Positions 23,330 to 35,337 of a stretch of DNA of 64,000 nucleotides are shown here, piece after piece. Every line of letters starts with the position of its first letter. Position 1 is the stretch's first letter. A model generated the notes under the pieces. The model was not told the DNA's origin and did no database searches. It saw only the letters and a program-made list of their open reading frames with translations. Location of the stretch: assembly GCF_044704955.1 (NCBI RefSeq), contig NC_091984.1, positions 145,762,001-145,826,000 of the forward strand, read 5' to 3'. Position numbers and translations under genes: made by a program. This stretch comes from Pristiophorus japonicus. Lineage: Eukaryota.

Positions 23330-26080
23330 AAGTTAATTCTTTGACTATTAAATAGAGGCATGGCAGGGCAGTTCTGTCCCGTGCAGTGCACATCCTGTGC
23401 CATGTGGGAAGTCCTGGACGCTTCTCGTGGCCTGGACGACTACATGTGCAGGAAGTGTCAGAGACTGAGCTGGAGTCACTGCGGTGCATCCGTGAGGCTG
23501 AGAATTTCGTGGATAGCACGTTTCTAGAGGTGGCCACCCTGCAGCTTAAGAGTGTGCAGGCAGAGAGGGAATGGGTGACCACCAGACAGAAGAGGAGGTC
23601 CAGGCAGGTAGTGCAGGAGTCCCCTGAGTCCATCTCGCTCTCCAACCAGTATTGTGTTCTGAGTACTGGTGGGGGCGATGGTGCCTCTAGGAAGTGCAGC
23701 CAGAACCAAGTCCACGGCACCACGGGTGGCTCAGCTGCACAGGGGGGAGGAAGAAGAGTGGAAGAGCAATAGTGTTAGGGGATTCGATAGTTAGGGGAAC
23801 AGACAGGCATTTCTGCGGCCGCAGACGTGACTCCAGGATGGTATGTTGCCTGTCTAGTGCCAAAGTCAAGGATGTCACTGAGTGGCTGCAGTACATTCTG
23901 AGGGGGAGGGTGAACAGCCAGAGGTTGTGGTCCATATCGGTACCAATGACATAGGTAGAAAGAGGGATGAGGTCCTACAGGGGGAGAGTAGGGAGCAAGG
24001 AGAGCGAATAAAAAGCAAGACCTCAAAGGTAGTAATCTCCGGATTACTCCTGGTGCCATGTGCTAGTGAGTACAGAAATAGGAGGATAGAGCAGATGAAT
24101 GTGTGGCTGGAGAGATGGTGCAGGAGGGAGGGCTTTAGTTTCCTGAGGCATTGGGACTGTTTCTGTGGGAGGTGGGATATGTACAAACCGGACGGGTTGC
24201 ATCTCAACAGAGCTGGAATCAATATTCTTGCGGGGATGTTTGCTGGTGCTGTTTGGGAGGGTTTAAACTAGCTTGGCAGGGGGATGGGAACTGGAGAATA
24301 GATTCAGTGGGGAGAGAAGCAAAGCTGGAATTGGAAAGCAGAAAAGGAGAAATTGAATTTGGAAGACAGAGGAAAGAAACCTAGAAAATAGACAACAAGG
24401 CAGTTTGGCAGTGCTAAATGGTATATACTTCAAGCAAGGAGTATAGGGAATAAGGCAGATGAGCTGAGAGCACAGATAGACACTTGGGAGTCCGATATTA
24501 TTGCTATTACTGAGACATGGCTGAAAGAAGGGCAGGTATGGCAGCTCAACATTCCTGGTTACAGCCTTTCCTGATGGGATAGAGAGGGGGATAAAAAAGG
24601 AGGAGTTCGCAGTTGTAAAACAATTGAAAGAAACAATTACAGCTGTGAGGAGGGATGATATGTCGGAAGGATCATCAAATGAGGCCATATAGGTCGAATT
24701 GAAGAATGAAAAAGGGGTAATCACACTGCTGGGAGTGTACTATAGACCCCCAAACAGTCAGAGGGAGAGAGATCAAATATGTAGGCACATTTCTGACAAG
24801 TGCAAAAACTATAGGGCAGTTATAGCAGGGGATTTCAACTACCCTAATGGTAACTGGGATAAAATTAGTGTGAAAGGTATAGAGGGTGCGGAATTCCTAA
24901 AATGCATTCAAGAGAATTTTTTTAGCCAGTGTGTAACAAGCCCAACAAGGGATGGGACGGTTCTTGACTTGGTTTTGGGGAATGAAGAGGGGCAGGTGGA
25001 AGGGGTATCAGTGGGGGAGAGCATTTTGGTGCTGGTGATCATAATTCAGTTAGATTTAGGATAGTTATGGAAAAGGACAAAGATAGACCAGGAATAAAAG
25101 TTATCAACTGGGGAAAAGCCAATTTTGCTGAGCTGAGATGAGATTTGGCCAAAGTGGACTGGAAACAGCGAGTTGAAGGTAAATCAGTGTCAGGGCAGTG
25201 GGAGGCATTCAAGGAAGAAATTCTGTGGTTTCAGAGTAAGTCTGTTCCCTTAAAGAAAAAGGGTGGGGCTAACAAATCTCGAGGCCCCTGGATGTCAAGG
25301 GAAATACAATGTAGGATAAAGTGAAAAAAGGGAGGCTTATGACAGATACCGAGGGCTCAATACTGCAGGAACTTTAGAGGGGTATAGAAAGTGCAGGGGT
25401 GCAATTAAAAAGGAAATTAGGAAAGCAAAGAGAGAGCATGAAAACATTTTGGCAAGTAAAATCAAGGAAAACCCAAAGATGTTTTCTAAATACATTAAGA
25501 GCAGGAGGATAATTAAAGACAGAGTCAGGCCTATTAGGGACCTTAAAGGTAATCTGTGTGTGGTTTGTATGATGTATGATAAGGTCCCACATGGCAGATT
25601 GGTCATCAAAATAAAAGCCCATGGGATCCAGCGCAAAGTGGCAAGTTGGAACTGAAATTGTCTCAGAGGCCGGGAGCAAAGTGTAATGGCTGATGGGTGT
25701 TTTTCTGACTGGAAGGCTGTTTCCAGTGGGGTTCCACAGGGCTCAATGCTGGGCCCCTTGCTTTTTGTGGTATATATCAATGATTTAGACTTGAAGATTG
25801 GGGATAGGATTAAGAAGTTTGCAGATGATAGTAAAATATGCTGAGTGGCTGATAATGAAGAAGAAAGCTGCAGACTGCAGGAATAGATCAATGAAATGGT
25901 CAGGTGGACAGAACAGTGGCAAATGGAATTTAATCCGGAGAAGTGTGAGGTAATGCCTTTGGGGAGAGCTAACAAGGCAAGGGAATACACATTAAATGGC
26001 AGGACACTGAGAGGTGTAGAGGAACAAAGGGACCTTGGTTTGCATGTCCACAGATCCCTGAAGGTAGCAGGCCAGGTAGA
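23330..26080 (+). mobile_element. CR1 LINE (second subfamily), degenerate, with an internal ORF2 deletion near 25560
   Basis: ORF1 LGDSIVRG and WLERWCRREGF; APE AGDFNYP; RT remnants KVPHGRL and QMEFNPEKCEV. Confidence 0.9.
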
Positions 26081-26514
26081 TGGGGTTTTACGACAATCCG
26101 GCAGTTTCATGGTCACTATTACTGACACTAGCTTTTTATTCCAGATTTATTTAATTAAATGAATTTAAATTTCCCAGCTGTCATGGTGGGATTTGAACTC
26201 GTGTCTCTGGATCATTAGTACAGGCCATAGTAGTCCATAGCTCTTTCAAAGAGCCAGCACAGGTTTGATGGGCCGAATGGCTTCCCTCTGTGCTGTGAGA
26301 TGCTGTGATTAAGAAGCGGGGCTCCAGCTAGCGTAGGCAATGTGGGTTCAAGGGTTGAAAGCAGGGGTTTGGGTGGAGCCCATATAGATGTACCACAAGG
26401 GGGCGTTACAGCATCGATTGATCCAATTATTGGCAGCGGGGAAACCGGGGACGGAAATAGTTTCAATAAAATGTATGCTGCGACTTTTAAAGTGGTCACC
26501 ACCACCAGCACGAT

Positions 26515-27300
26515 CATAGAATCACAGAAAATTACAGCACGGAAGGAGGCTTTTCAGCACATCATGTCCGCGCCGGCCAACAAAGAGCTACCCAGCCTAA
26601 TCCCACTTTCCAGCTCTGGGTCCGTAGCCCTGTGGGTTACGGCACTTTAAGTGCACATCCACGTATTTTTAAATGTGGTGAGGGTTTCTGCCTCTACCAC
26701 CCTTTCAGGCAGTGAGTTCCAGACCCCCACCACCCTCTGGGTGAAGAATTGTTTCCTCATCTCCCCTCTAAACCTTCCACCAATTACTTTAAATCTATGC
26801 CCCCTGGTTGTTGACTCCTCTGCTAAGGGAAATAGGTCTATTCTATCCACTCTATCTTGCCCACTAATCATTTTATACACCTCAATAATGTCTCCCCTCA
26901 GCCTCCTCTGTTCCAAGGAAAACACCTCCAACAGATCCAATCTTTCCTCATAGCTAAAATTCTCCAGTCCTGGCAACATCCTTGTGAATCTCTTCTGTAC
27001 CTTCTCTCGTGTAATCACATCTTTCCGGTAATGTGGTGACCAGAACTGCACGCAGTACTCTAGCTGTGGCCTAACTAGAGTTTTATACAGTTCAAGAATA
27101 ACCTTCCAGCTCTTGTATTCTATGCCTCGGCTAATAAAGTCAAGTATTCTGAGTGCCTTTTTAACCATCTTATCGACCTGGCCTGCTACCTTCAGGGATC
27201 TGTGGACATGCAATCCAAAGTCCCTCCGTTCCTCCACCCCTCTCAGTACCCTCCCATTTATTGTGTATTCCCTTGCCTTGTTGCCCCTTCCCAAATGCAT
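26515..27300 (-). mobile_element. CR1 3' fragment
   Basis: LVRPQLEYCVQFWSPH and FFTQRVVGVWNSLP. Confidence 0.9.
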
Positions 27301-27589
27301 TAGAACAAGGCTGCAGTTAGAGCAGCCTTTCCACCCATTGACAGCACTCACTGAGTCTGACTCATGGCATCGATCAGCTGGACATTGATCTGGAAACTCC
27401 AGCCTCCTGGTGAGGGAATCAAGGCTCTGATGCGACTGATAAAAGTCAAGATGAGATTGTGGAGGTACACAGCTGTGTACAATGAACAGGAGGAGGCTAT
27501 TCAGCCCCTCGAGCCTGTTCCCCCATTCAATCAGATCATGGCTCATCTGTATCTGAACTCCATCCACCCGCCTTGGTTCCACAAGTTCC

Positions 27590-27918
27590 AAGGCCTATAC
27601 TCTCTAGAGTTTAGAAGAATAAGAGATGATCCCATTGAAACATACCCAATTCTGACAGGGCTTGACAGGGTAGATGCAGGGAGGATGTTTCCTCTGGCTG
27701 GGAAATCCAGAACCTGGTGTCACAGTCTCAGAATAAGGGGTCGGCCATTTAGGACTGAGATGAGGAGAAACCTCTTCATTCAGAGGGTGGTGAATCTCTT
27801 GAATTCTCTACCCCAGAGGGCTGTGGAGGCTCAGTCCTTGAGTATATTCAAGACAGAGAACGATAGATTTTTGAATATTAAGGGAATCAAGGGATTTGGT
27901 GGCAGTGCAGGAAAGTAG
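27590..27918 (+). mobile_element. CR1 3' fragment, preceded by a short inverted CR1 tail at ~27485-27580
   Basis: GLYSLEFRRIR...RTEMRRN. Confidence 0.8.
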
Positions 27919-27974
27919 GGGGGTGGGGGTGCGGTGTGGCAGGACAAGAGGCCTATTCCTGGGGGGGAGGGGTT

Positions 27975-28437
27975 AATTCGCACCAAGTCCCGCTCACCCA
28001 TCACCCCCACTGACCTACATTGGCTTCCGGTTAAGCAGCGCCTTGATTTTTAAATTCACATCCTTGTTTTCAAATCCCTTCATGGCCTCGCTCCTCCCTA
28101 TCTCTGTAATCTCCTCCAGCCCCACAACCCCCCGAGATGTCTGTGCTTCTCCAGTTCTGCCCTCCTGAGCATCCCTGATTATAATCGCTCAACCATTGGT
28201 GGCCGTGCCTTCTGTTGCCGAGACTCCAAGCTCTGGAACTCCCTCGCTAAATCTCTCCGCCTCTCTACCCATCTTTCCTCCTTCAAGACGCTCCTTAAAA
28301 CCTACCTCTTTGGTCACCTACACTAATTTCTTATGTGACTTGGTGTCAAAGTTTGTATCTCATAATACTCCTGGGAAGTGTCTTGGGACGTTTCACTACG
28401 TTAAAGGCGCTATATAAATATAAGTTGTTGTTGTTGA
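27975..28437 (+). mobile_element. L2-clade LINE 3' end
   Basis: Same family as 6010-6483, with a (ttg)n tail. Confidence 0.85.
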
Positions 28438-29016
28438 ATTGAGGCAAAATCTGGTATTCTGGATGTCGCCGCTCCTTTTAACGCCCTCTGCAAAGCACGC
28501 ACAGCAAATGTAACGCCCTTATTTAAAAAAGGAGGCAGACAGAAAGCAGGAAACTATAGACCAGTTAGTCTAACATCTGTCGTTGGGAAAATGCTGGAGT
28601 CCATTATTAAGGAAGCAGTAGCAGGACATTTGGAAAAGCATTGTTCAATCAAGCAGAGTCAGCACGGTTTTATGAAAGGGAAATCATGTTTGACAAATTT
28701 TCTGAAATTCTTTGAGGATGGAACAAGCAGGGTGGATAAAAGGTAACCAGTGGATGTGGTGTATTTGGATTTCCAGAAGGCATTCGATAAGGTGCCACAT
28801 AAAAGGCACAAGATAAAAGTTCACGGGGTTGGGGGTAATGTATTAGCATTTATCGAGGATTGGCTAACTAACAGAAAACAGGGAGTCAGAATAAATGGGT
28901 CATTTTCCCGTTACCAAACGGTAACTTGTGGGGTGCCACGGGGATCAGTGCTGGGGCCTCAATTATTTACAATCTCTATTAATGACGAAGGGACCAAGTG
29001 GAAAGTAACCAAGTTT

Positions 29017-29366
29017 TTTTTATTTTTTTTTAATTCGTAGCCAATCGTTCCAATTCTTTGTCAAATCACAAACGCCAGAGGTCACCTTGCACATGCCAAG
29101 GATCACTCTGCGCCAATGCTCTTAGCCAAAAGGCCTAGAGCCACTGCACCGTTCCTGGAAGTACTGCAATACCAGGTTCGTGCCATGGAGGTGGATGGGT
29201 CAGGACCCCCACACACCTCCATGGAGGTGGATGGGTCAAACCTCCCCACCCACCTCCTGTTTCCAAAAATGCAAGCATATACCTTCCTGACCAGGGAGAA
29301 ACCACCCGGAGGTCATGGTGGCTGGTCAGAAACGGTACTACACTTGATCTTAGCCAAAAGGCCGAG
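29017..29366 (-). mobile_element. U2 snRNA-derived retroposon (candidate SINE or variant-U2 retrocopy) with poly(A) and an 11-bp TSD
   Basis: 31/31 match to U2 nt 8-38, Sm site ATTTTTGG, stem-loop IV cctggtattgcagtacttccaggaacggtgca, A-tail, and TSD taaccaagttt (29006-29016) / ttaccaagttt (29367-29377). Confidence 0.9.
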
Positions 29367-29377
29367 TTACCAAGTTT

Positions 29378-29880
29378 GCTGGGAGGACAGACGCACCAAC
29401 ATTATTGTCCTCGACCAGGCCAACATCCCCAGTATTGAAGCACTGACCACATTGATCAGCTTTGCTAGGCAGGCCACATTGTCCACATGCCAGACATGAG
29501 ACTCCCAAAGCAAGCGCTCTCCTCAGAACTCCTTCACAGCAAACAAGCCAAATGGGCAGAGGAATATTACAAGGACACCCTCAAAGCCTCCCTGATAAAG
29601 TTCAACATCCCCACTGACACCTGGGAGTCCCTGGCCAAAGACCTCCCGAAGTGGAGGAACTGTATCCTGGAGGGCGCTGAGCACTTCAAGTCTCATCGCC
29701 GAGAGCATGCAGAACCCAAGCACAGGCAGCGGAAGGAATGCGCGGCAAACCTGTCCCACCCTCCCTTACCCTCAACAACTATATGTCCCACCTGTGGCAG
29801 GGACTGTTCAGCCACCTAACGACTCATTCTACGAGTAGAGGCAAGTCTTCCTCGATTCCGAGGGACTGCCTATGATGATG
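29378..29880 (+). mobile_element. RTE-clade LINE 3' end
   Basis: WEDRRTN..DQANIPSIEALT, MPDMRLPKQAL, KDTLKASL and CPTCGRDC; tail gggactgcct(atg)n. Confidence 0.85.
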
Positions 29881-31132
29881 GGTGGGAAAGCAAATTGTGA
29901 GGACACAAAAAATCTGCAAAGGGATATAGACAGGCTAAATGAGTGGGTAAAACGTTGGAAGATGGAGTATAATGTGGGAAAATGTGATGTAATTCACTTT
30001 GGCAGGAAAGCAATTTATTTTTTAATTGGAGAAAAATTGCAAACTGTTGCAGTACAGAGGGACCTGAGGGTCCTTGTGCATGAAACACAAAAAGTTAGTA
30101 TGCGGGTACAACAAGTGATCAGGAAAGCAAATGGAATTTTGGCCTTTATTGTCAGGGGCGGGGGGTGGGGGGGGGAGTATAGAAGTAGGGAAGTCCTGCT
30201 ACAACTGTACAGGGTATTGGTGAGACCCCCCTGAGAACCCCCACACCCGATCGCCCAGGTTCCCCCCGTTCCCACAAGGTCAGTCCCCGATCACTCCCCT
30301 GGTCTACCCTGAACCCCCCCCCGCCCCCCCGCTCCCCAACCCTCCTCCCCCCAGCCCCCGAACGACCCCCGACTCCCCCAGGAGCTGGAGCATCTCCTCA
30401 GGCCGACACAACAGTGCTGGGTAGCAGTCACACACACACCTACAGGCGGTGCTGGGTAACAGTCTCACACACAACACACACACACCGACAGACGGTGCTG
30501 GGGAACAGACACACACACAACACACACACCTACAGACGGTGCTGGGTAAGCCACACTAACACTCAGGGACATGTACACGGTGATACACTGACTGCTCCTC
30601 TCCCTAAGCTGAGGCCTCACTCGGTACAGTTTTGTGCTGCCGCAACGGGCCACACGTAAAGGAGAGAGAATGCAACATTGTGACTGTGGCCTCCTGCCCC
30701 CAGATTGCCCCCAGCAGTCAGCACAGAGTGCACAGTGCGATCCCACACCCCCAGTGTGCAGAGTGAGAGCCAATGCTCAGACTGGGAGGGTTTAATCCCA
30801 GCAGCTTTTAGTGTCTCTGTGTTTAATCTTGTGCACTCCAGGGGTTCGAGGTCAAATTGATCGTTTTAAAATGATTGAAAAATTTGCTTTGAATCAAATC
30901 TCCTGCTGATGTGCCATTGATTGACAGCACACCCAGCCAATCAGTTCAGACACTTACTGAAATGCAGCCAATCCAGCTGAGGGGGAGGTGGGACATTTCC
31001 AAAGCACTCGCCAGACACAGACTGAATATTCTTCACGTTTATTGCCTTTTACAGATTCACATTTACAGAAACAAGACTTGAATAAACAGCCCAGCGCGAG
31101 CGAGCTGGAGACATTCACAGGGAGAATGCAGC

Positions 31133-31138
31133 TTTATT
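31133..31138 (-). terminator. Candidate AATAAA polyadenylation signal of the light-chain transcript (a second one at 31038-31043)
   Basis: First AATAAA seen on the minus strand downstream of the C stop codon. Confidence 0.5.
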
Positions 31139-31333
31139 AAAACAGTTGTGGGGATTTTCGCCACACCGTGAGAATCCTGTCCCTTTAAACGGGGACACAA
31201 CCTTGAATTGTAACAGCAGGGTGAGCAGGGAGGGGGTCTGCTTACTGAAGCGGCACTTCGCAGTTTAACATTAGTTTTACTCTGCTGACAGTCTTCAGCA
31301 TCTTCGAGAGGTTTTACTTGGCAGCACAAGTCA

Positions 31334-31742
31334 ACACTGTCCCATCAAACCCGCCTAGGGCAGGTACAGCATGGGTTATAAACAGAGTAAAGCTCCCTCT
31401 ACACTGTCCCATCAAAACCTCCCAGGGCAGGTACAGCACGGGTTAGATACAGAGTAAAGCTCCCTCGACACTGTCCCATCAAACCCTCCCAGGGCAGGTA
31501 CAGCACGGGTTAGATACAGAGTAAAGCTCCCTCTACACTGTCCCATCAAACCCTCCCAGGGCAGGTACAGCACGGGTTAGATACAGAGTAAAGCTCCCTC
31601 GACACTGTCCCATCAAACCCTCCCAGGGCAGGTACAGCACGGGTTAGATACAGAGTAAAGCTCCCTCTACACTGTCCCATCAAACCCTCCCAGGGCAGGT
31701 ACAGCACGGGTTAGATACAGAGTAAAGCTCCCTCGACACTGC
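31334..31742 (+). repeat. 67-bp minisatellite, 6 copies plus a partial
   Basis: acactgtcccatcaaaccctcccagggcaggtacagcacgggttagatacagagtaaagctccctc(t/g); units start at 31334, 31401, 31468, 31535, 31602, 31669 and 31736. Confidence 0.95.
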
Positions 31743-31903
31743 CCCAATAACGTGCCTTACCCTCTGACCCTCAGATGCTTTCCCTGACCCAGTCCCGAGA
31801 AGGAAGAGAGTAGAAATGCAGTGCTGACAATGACCTTTGTCCTCCCGGCTCACCCCCTGTTCTATTTAAAGTTGCGTCTCCCCCGCGGACTGTCCTTGAC
31901 ACA

Positions 31904-32231
31904 CTACGCACATTCTGCTCTCCTGACGCCCTTGCTGAGGGGAGAGGAGAGGCTCTCGTGGGTGAGGCTGCAGGAGAAGCTGGCGTTGGACTCCCAGTCG
32001 GAGCCAGAGAGGGTCAGCAGGCTGCTGACACTGTAGGTGTTGTCCGAAGCTCGCAGGTAGTCGCTGGTCTGGACCCCGGCCGAAATGGTCGCCCGTCCTT
32101 CTTCCACTCCACCTCCACCGCATCGGGGTAGAAGTGATCGGCGAGGCACACCAGGGTGGCAGTGCCCTTGGTCGTGACCTCCTCCAGGGAGGGGGGCAGC
32201 AGGGTCAGCGTGGGTGGTGTCTTCCCTCGGC
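31904..32231 (-). pseudogene. IGKC: Ig kappa-type light-chain constant exon with a 1-bp deletion at ~32092-32094 (pseudogene allele or assembly error)
   Basis: Acceptor ctccctttcag, then (S)RGKTPPTLTLLPPSLEEVTTKGTATLVCLADHFYPDAVEVEWKKDG; in another frame ATISAGVQTSDYLRASDNTYSVSSLLTLSGSDWESNASFSCSLTHESLSSPLSKGVRRAECA*. 328 nt plus 1 nt from J gives 329, one short of a codon multiple. Confidence 0.9.
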
Positions 32232-32494
32232 CTGAAAGGGAGGAGAAGGATGCTTAATAGGTGTATATTAGTCTGTGTGTTGCGTGTGTTGCATGTGTTG
32301 CATGGATGCGTCTGTCACTGTGGCTGTTTCCGTGTGGGGATAATTCACAACTGAAAACGGAGAGCTGGGTTAATGAACTCCTGGCTGGCGATTAACTATT
32401 CGAGGCGAGCATCACTAATTTTTAATCTTCTTTGCCTCACTTGATAAGTTTAATCTAAATATAAATGCGTTTGATCTTAAAGTGATTAAAAAAA

Positions 32495-32923
32495 AAGTCT
32501 TTCATTTATATAGCGCCTTTCAAAACCACCAGACATTTCAAAGTGCTTTACAGCCAATGAAGTATAGTCACTGTTGTAATGTGGGAAACACAGCAGCCAA
32601 TCTGTGCACAGCAAGCTCCCACAAACAGCGATGTGATAACGACCTGATAATCTGTTCTTCTGTCATGTTGGTTGAGGGATAAATATTGACCAGGACACCG
32701 AGGAGAACTCCGTTGCTCTTCTTCAAAATAGTGTCCTGAGAGGGCAGACGGGACCTTGGTTTAATGTCTCATCCGAAAGACGGCACCTCCAACAGAGCAG
32801 CTCTCCCTCAGCACTGCACTGGAGTGTCAGCGTAGATTCTTGTGCTCAAGTCCCTGGAGTGGGACTTGAACCCACAACCTTCTGACTCAGAGGCGAGAGT
32901 GCAACGCACTGAGCCACAGCTGA
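32495..32923 (-). mobile_element. SacSINE1-like DeuSINE, near full length
   Basis: Head tgtggctcagtgcgttgcactctcgcctctgagtcagaaggttgtgggttcaagtccc with the same body as 21820-23215. Confidence 0.85.
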
Positions 32924-33474
32924 TACTCAAAATCATATTGGACTGTTGTATAAACATCTGCAGTGCAGGGTTGGCACCCATTCAGCACTGAAATGGTTAA
33001 CAGTAATAGTCGGTAAAGACTGAGTGTCCCGTTAAGACACTGTTCACTGGCAGGAAGCTCGAACTGTCGATGGGTGGATACAGGGGAAACAGGCTCAGCA
33101 GTGAGAAAGCTCAGATCACACACAGATCGGGAGAACTTTATCCGGGAACATTGCGGCACACTTGTATAAACACACTTCAGCAAGGCTTCATGTTGGGTGT
33201 CGGTGTAGAAGCTTCTAGATTGCATTTAAAAGCTTGCTGCCCAGCACCGGGGTGAGGCCCAGGGTGAGGATACAATTAGCCTCAGTGTACCAGGGGTCAG
33301 GCAGGGTCACTGCTCCCAATGATCCTGTGACCTCCTGGAAGGTCAGAGTGCGCGGACAATGGGCGAGGGTCAGGATCAGGGCCCACCCACTTCAATGAAA
33401 GAAAGCCTTGAATTTATATTGCGCCTTTCACAGCCTCAGGACGTCCCAAGGTGCTTTACAACCAATTGCACACA

Positions 33475-33835
33475 GGAAGATTTACGAGGATGTTGCCTGG
33501 ACTGGAAAATTTTAACAATGAGGAAAGATTGGATAGGCTGGGGGTGTTTTCCGTGGAACAGAGGAGGCTGGGGGAGACCTTATTGAGGTGTATAAAATTA
33601 TGAGGAGCCAATATAGAGTGGATAGGAAGGCTCTATTTCCCTTAGCAGACTGGTGAACAACCATGGCATAGATTGAAAGTAATTGGTGGAATGTTTATGT
33701 GGGTATTTGATGGGAAATATCTTCACCCAGAGGGTGGTGGGGGTCTGGAACTCACTGCCTGAAAGGGTGGTAGTGGCAGAAACCCTCACCACATTTAAGA
33801 AGTACTTGGATGTACACTTGTAGTGCCGTAATCTA
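33475..33835 (+). mobile_element. CR1 3' fragment
   Basis: ttcacccagagggtggtgggggtctggaactcactgcc (FTQRVVGVWNSLP). Confidence 0.8.
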
Positions 33836-33837
33836 TA

Positions 33838-33974
33838 GGGCTCAGTCTCTGGGCTCACACTGGGACAGTGAGCCCACTTGGGGAGCTCAGTCTGTGGGCT
33901 CACACTGGGACAGTGAGCCCACTTGGGGAGCTCAGTCTCTGGGCTCACACTGGGACAGTGAGCCCACTTGGGGA
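33838..33974 (+). repeat. 45-bp tandem repeat x3 with an internal hairpin (gggctcac-N9-gtgagccc)
   Basis: Units at 33851, 33896 and 33941. Confidence 0.9.
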
Positions 33975-34169
33975 GGGGAGCTGTGCCCCAGCCAGAGGTA
34001 GTGCCTTCAGGAGTGAGATGGGGAGCAGAACACGGGCAGCCTGTGGTGTAGAGGGGAGACATTTCACCGGCCGAGGGCAGGTGCTGAGCCCGTTTACCTG
34101 TAAGAATGTGGTAAGTGGATGGGGAAAGTGGGCCGGGCACTGAGGTAACGTCCTGTGTTGCTGGTGGAA

Positions 34170-34534
34170 TTGGTCATTTTAAACATGGCATCTTCCCATT
34201 CTCCCTGCCACATGTCTCCGTGGTTGGTTTTGCAGAACCTTACAGTCCCCCGTTAAAACACTCTGTCTCAGGATGTTTTCAAAATGTGAAGCAAAACCTT
34301 TTCCCTCTCACAGAGCCAATCTTCCCCAAATCTTACCTAAACCCATGATAAAACATTAAAATACACCAATGGTATTCATACATTTGGAATCAATACAATA
34401 CTGAAAATGTAAAAATGTTTCTCAACCAATACCCTTCACCAAATTCATTATAGTACATAGGTAAGGTTCTACAAAACCAACCACGGAGACATGTGGCAGG
34501 GAGAATGGGAAGATGCCATGTTTAAAATGACCAA
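34170..34534. repeat. 74-bp inverted repeat (1 mismatch) around a 217-bp spacer
   Basis: 34170-34243 is the reverse complement of 34461-34534. Confidence 0.95.
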
Positions 34535-35337
34535 CTGCAGCTAACAGCCTGTAAACCGCGGAGGATGATGGGACTCTGGCCACCCTGTACAGTACCAGAC
34601 AGTGTTGCACGGGCACGAAACCGGACGGGGGATGAGCCAGCTACGGTGGGGGGAGAGGAGTGTACATTTGGTTCTTCCAGGAAAATGGATACAAGGCAAC
34701 TTTATATTTTGAAAGGACCTTTCTCCAGCTTTTTGTGTAAAAACCTCACAGAAGAGGCAACATGTCCAGGCAAAACCTCCCCAGTAATACACAAGGCAAC
34801 AGAATGGGTATCAGTTGAATAATTAAACAAAGGCCCACAAGTCTGATGCAATCATTTTGGCCAGCTCAGACAGAGTGGCACATCTGTCGAGGTAGTTAAC
34901 AATCATCTTCATTCACCCCATCAGTGAGTGACAGGATACAGGAGGTGTGGCTAATCTCCCATTCCAGACAGATCGATACACATCGAACTGCCATTCACAC
35001 CCCATTTTATTCAAGGAAGACCCAAGACAATGGCATACAGTTTTGGCGCGAAGATGAACAGACTATAAGAAAAGCTGCAAAAACACACAAGAGTTGTTGG
35101 AGGTTGGGGTCGGAGGTTGGAGGTGTTGGATGTTGGGGGTTGGAGGTTGGAGGTTTTGGAGGTTGGGGGTTGGAGGTTGGAGGTTGGAGTCAGCTTTTGC
35201 ATTGAGTTGTAGAGTTGAGTTAAGAAGTTGGGAGTCAGTTTTCGTTGTGGATGAGTTGAGTTAAAGGGGAGTTGAGTCTGCTCTTCACAGGGCCCTCGCT
35301 CTGGGGAAAGTGTGCTTAACTCCAGCAACTTTTTGCT

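Larger units (their letters stand above)
28500..30225 (+). mobile_element. CR1 ORF2 fragment interrupted at the KFADD motif by a U2-derived element and an RTE
   Basis: DVVYLDFQKAFDKVPH up to 29016; resumes at MGGKANCE at 29878. Confidence 0.85.

Noticed and set aside
26647-27591. 314-aa minus-strand gene
   Set aside because: Chance fusion of a CR1 tail, a spacer and CR1 ORF2 C-terminus
29017-29366. Canonical U2 snRNA gene
   Set aside because: It lacks the first 7 nt, has a poly(A) tail and TSD, sits inside a CR1, and has a remodelled middle region
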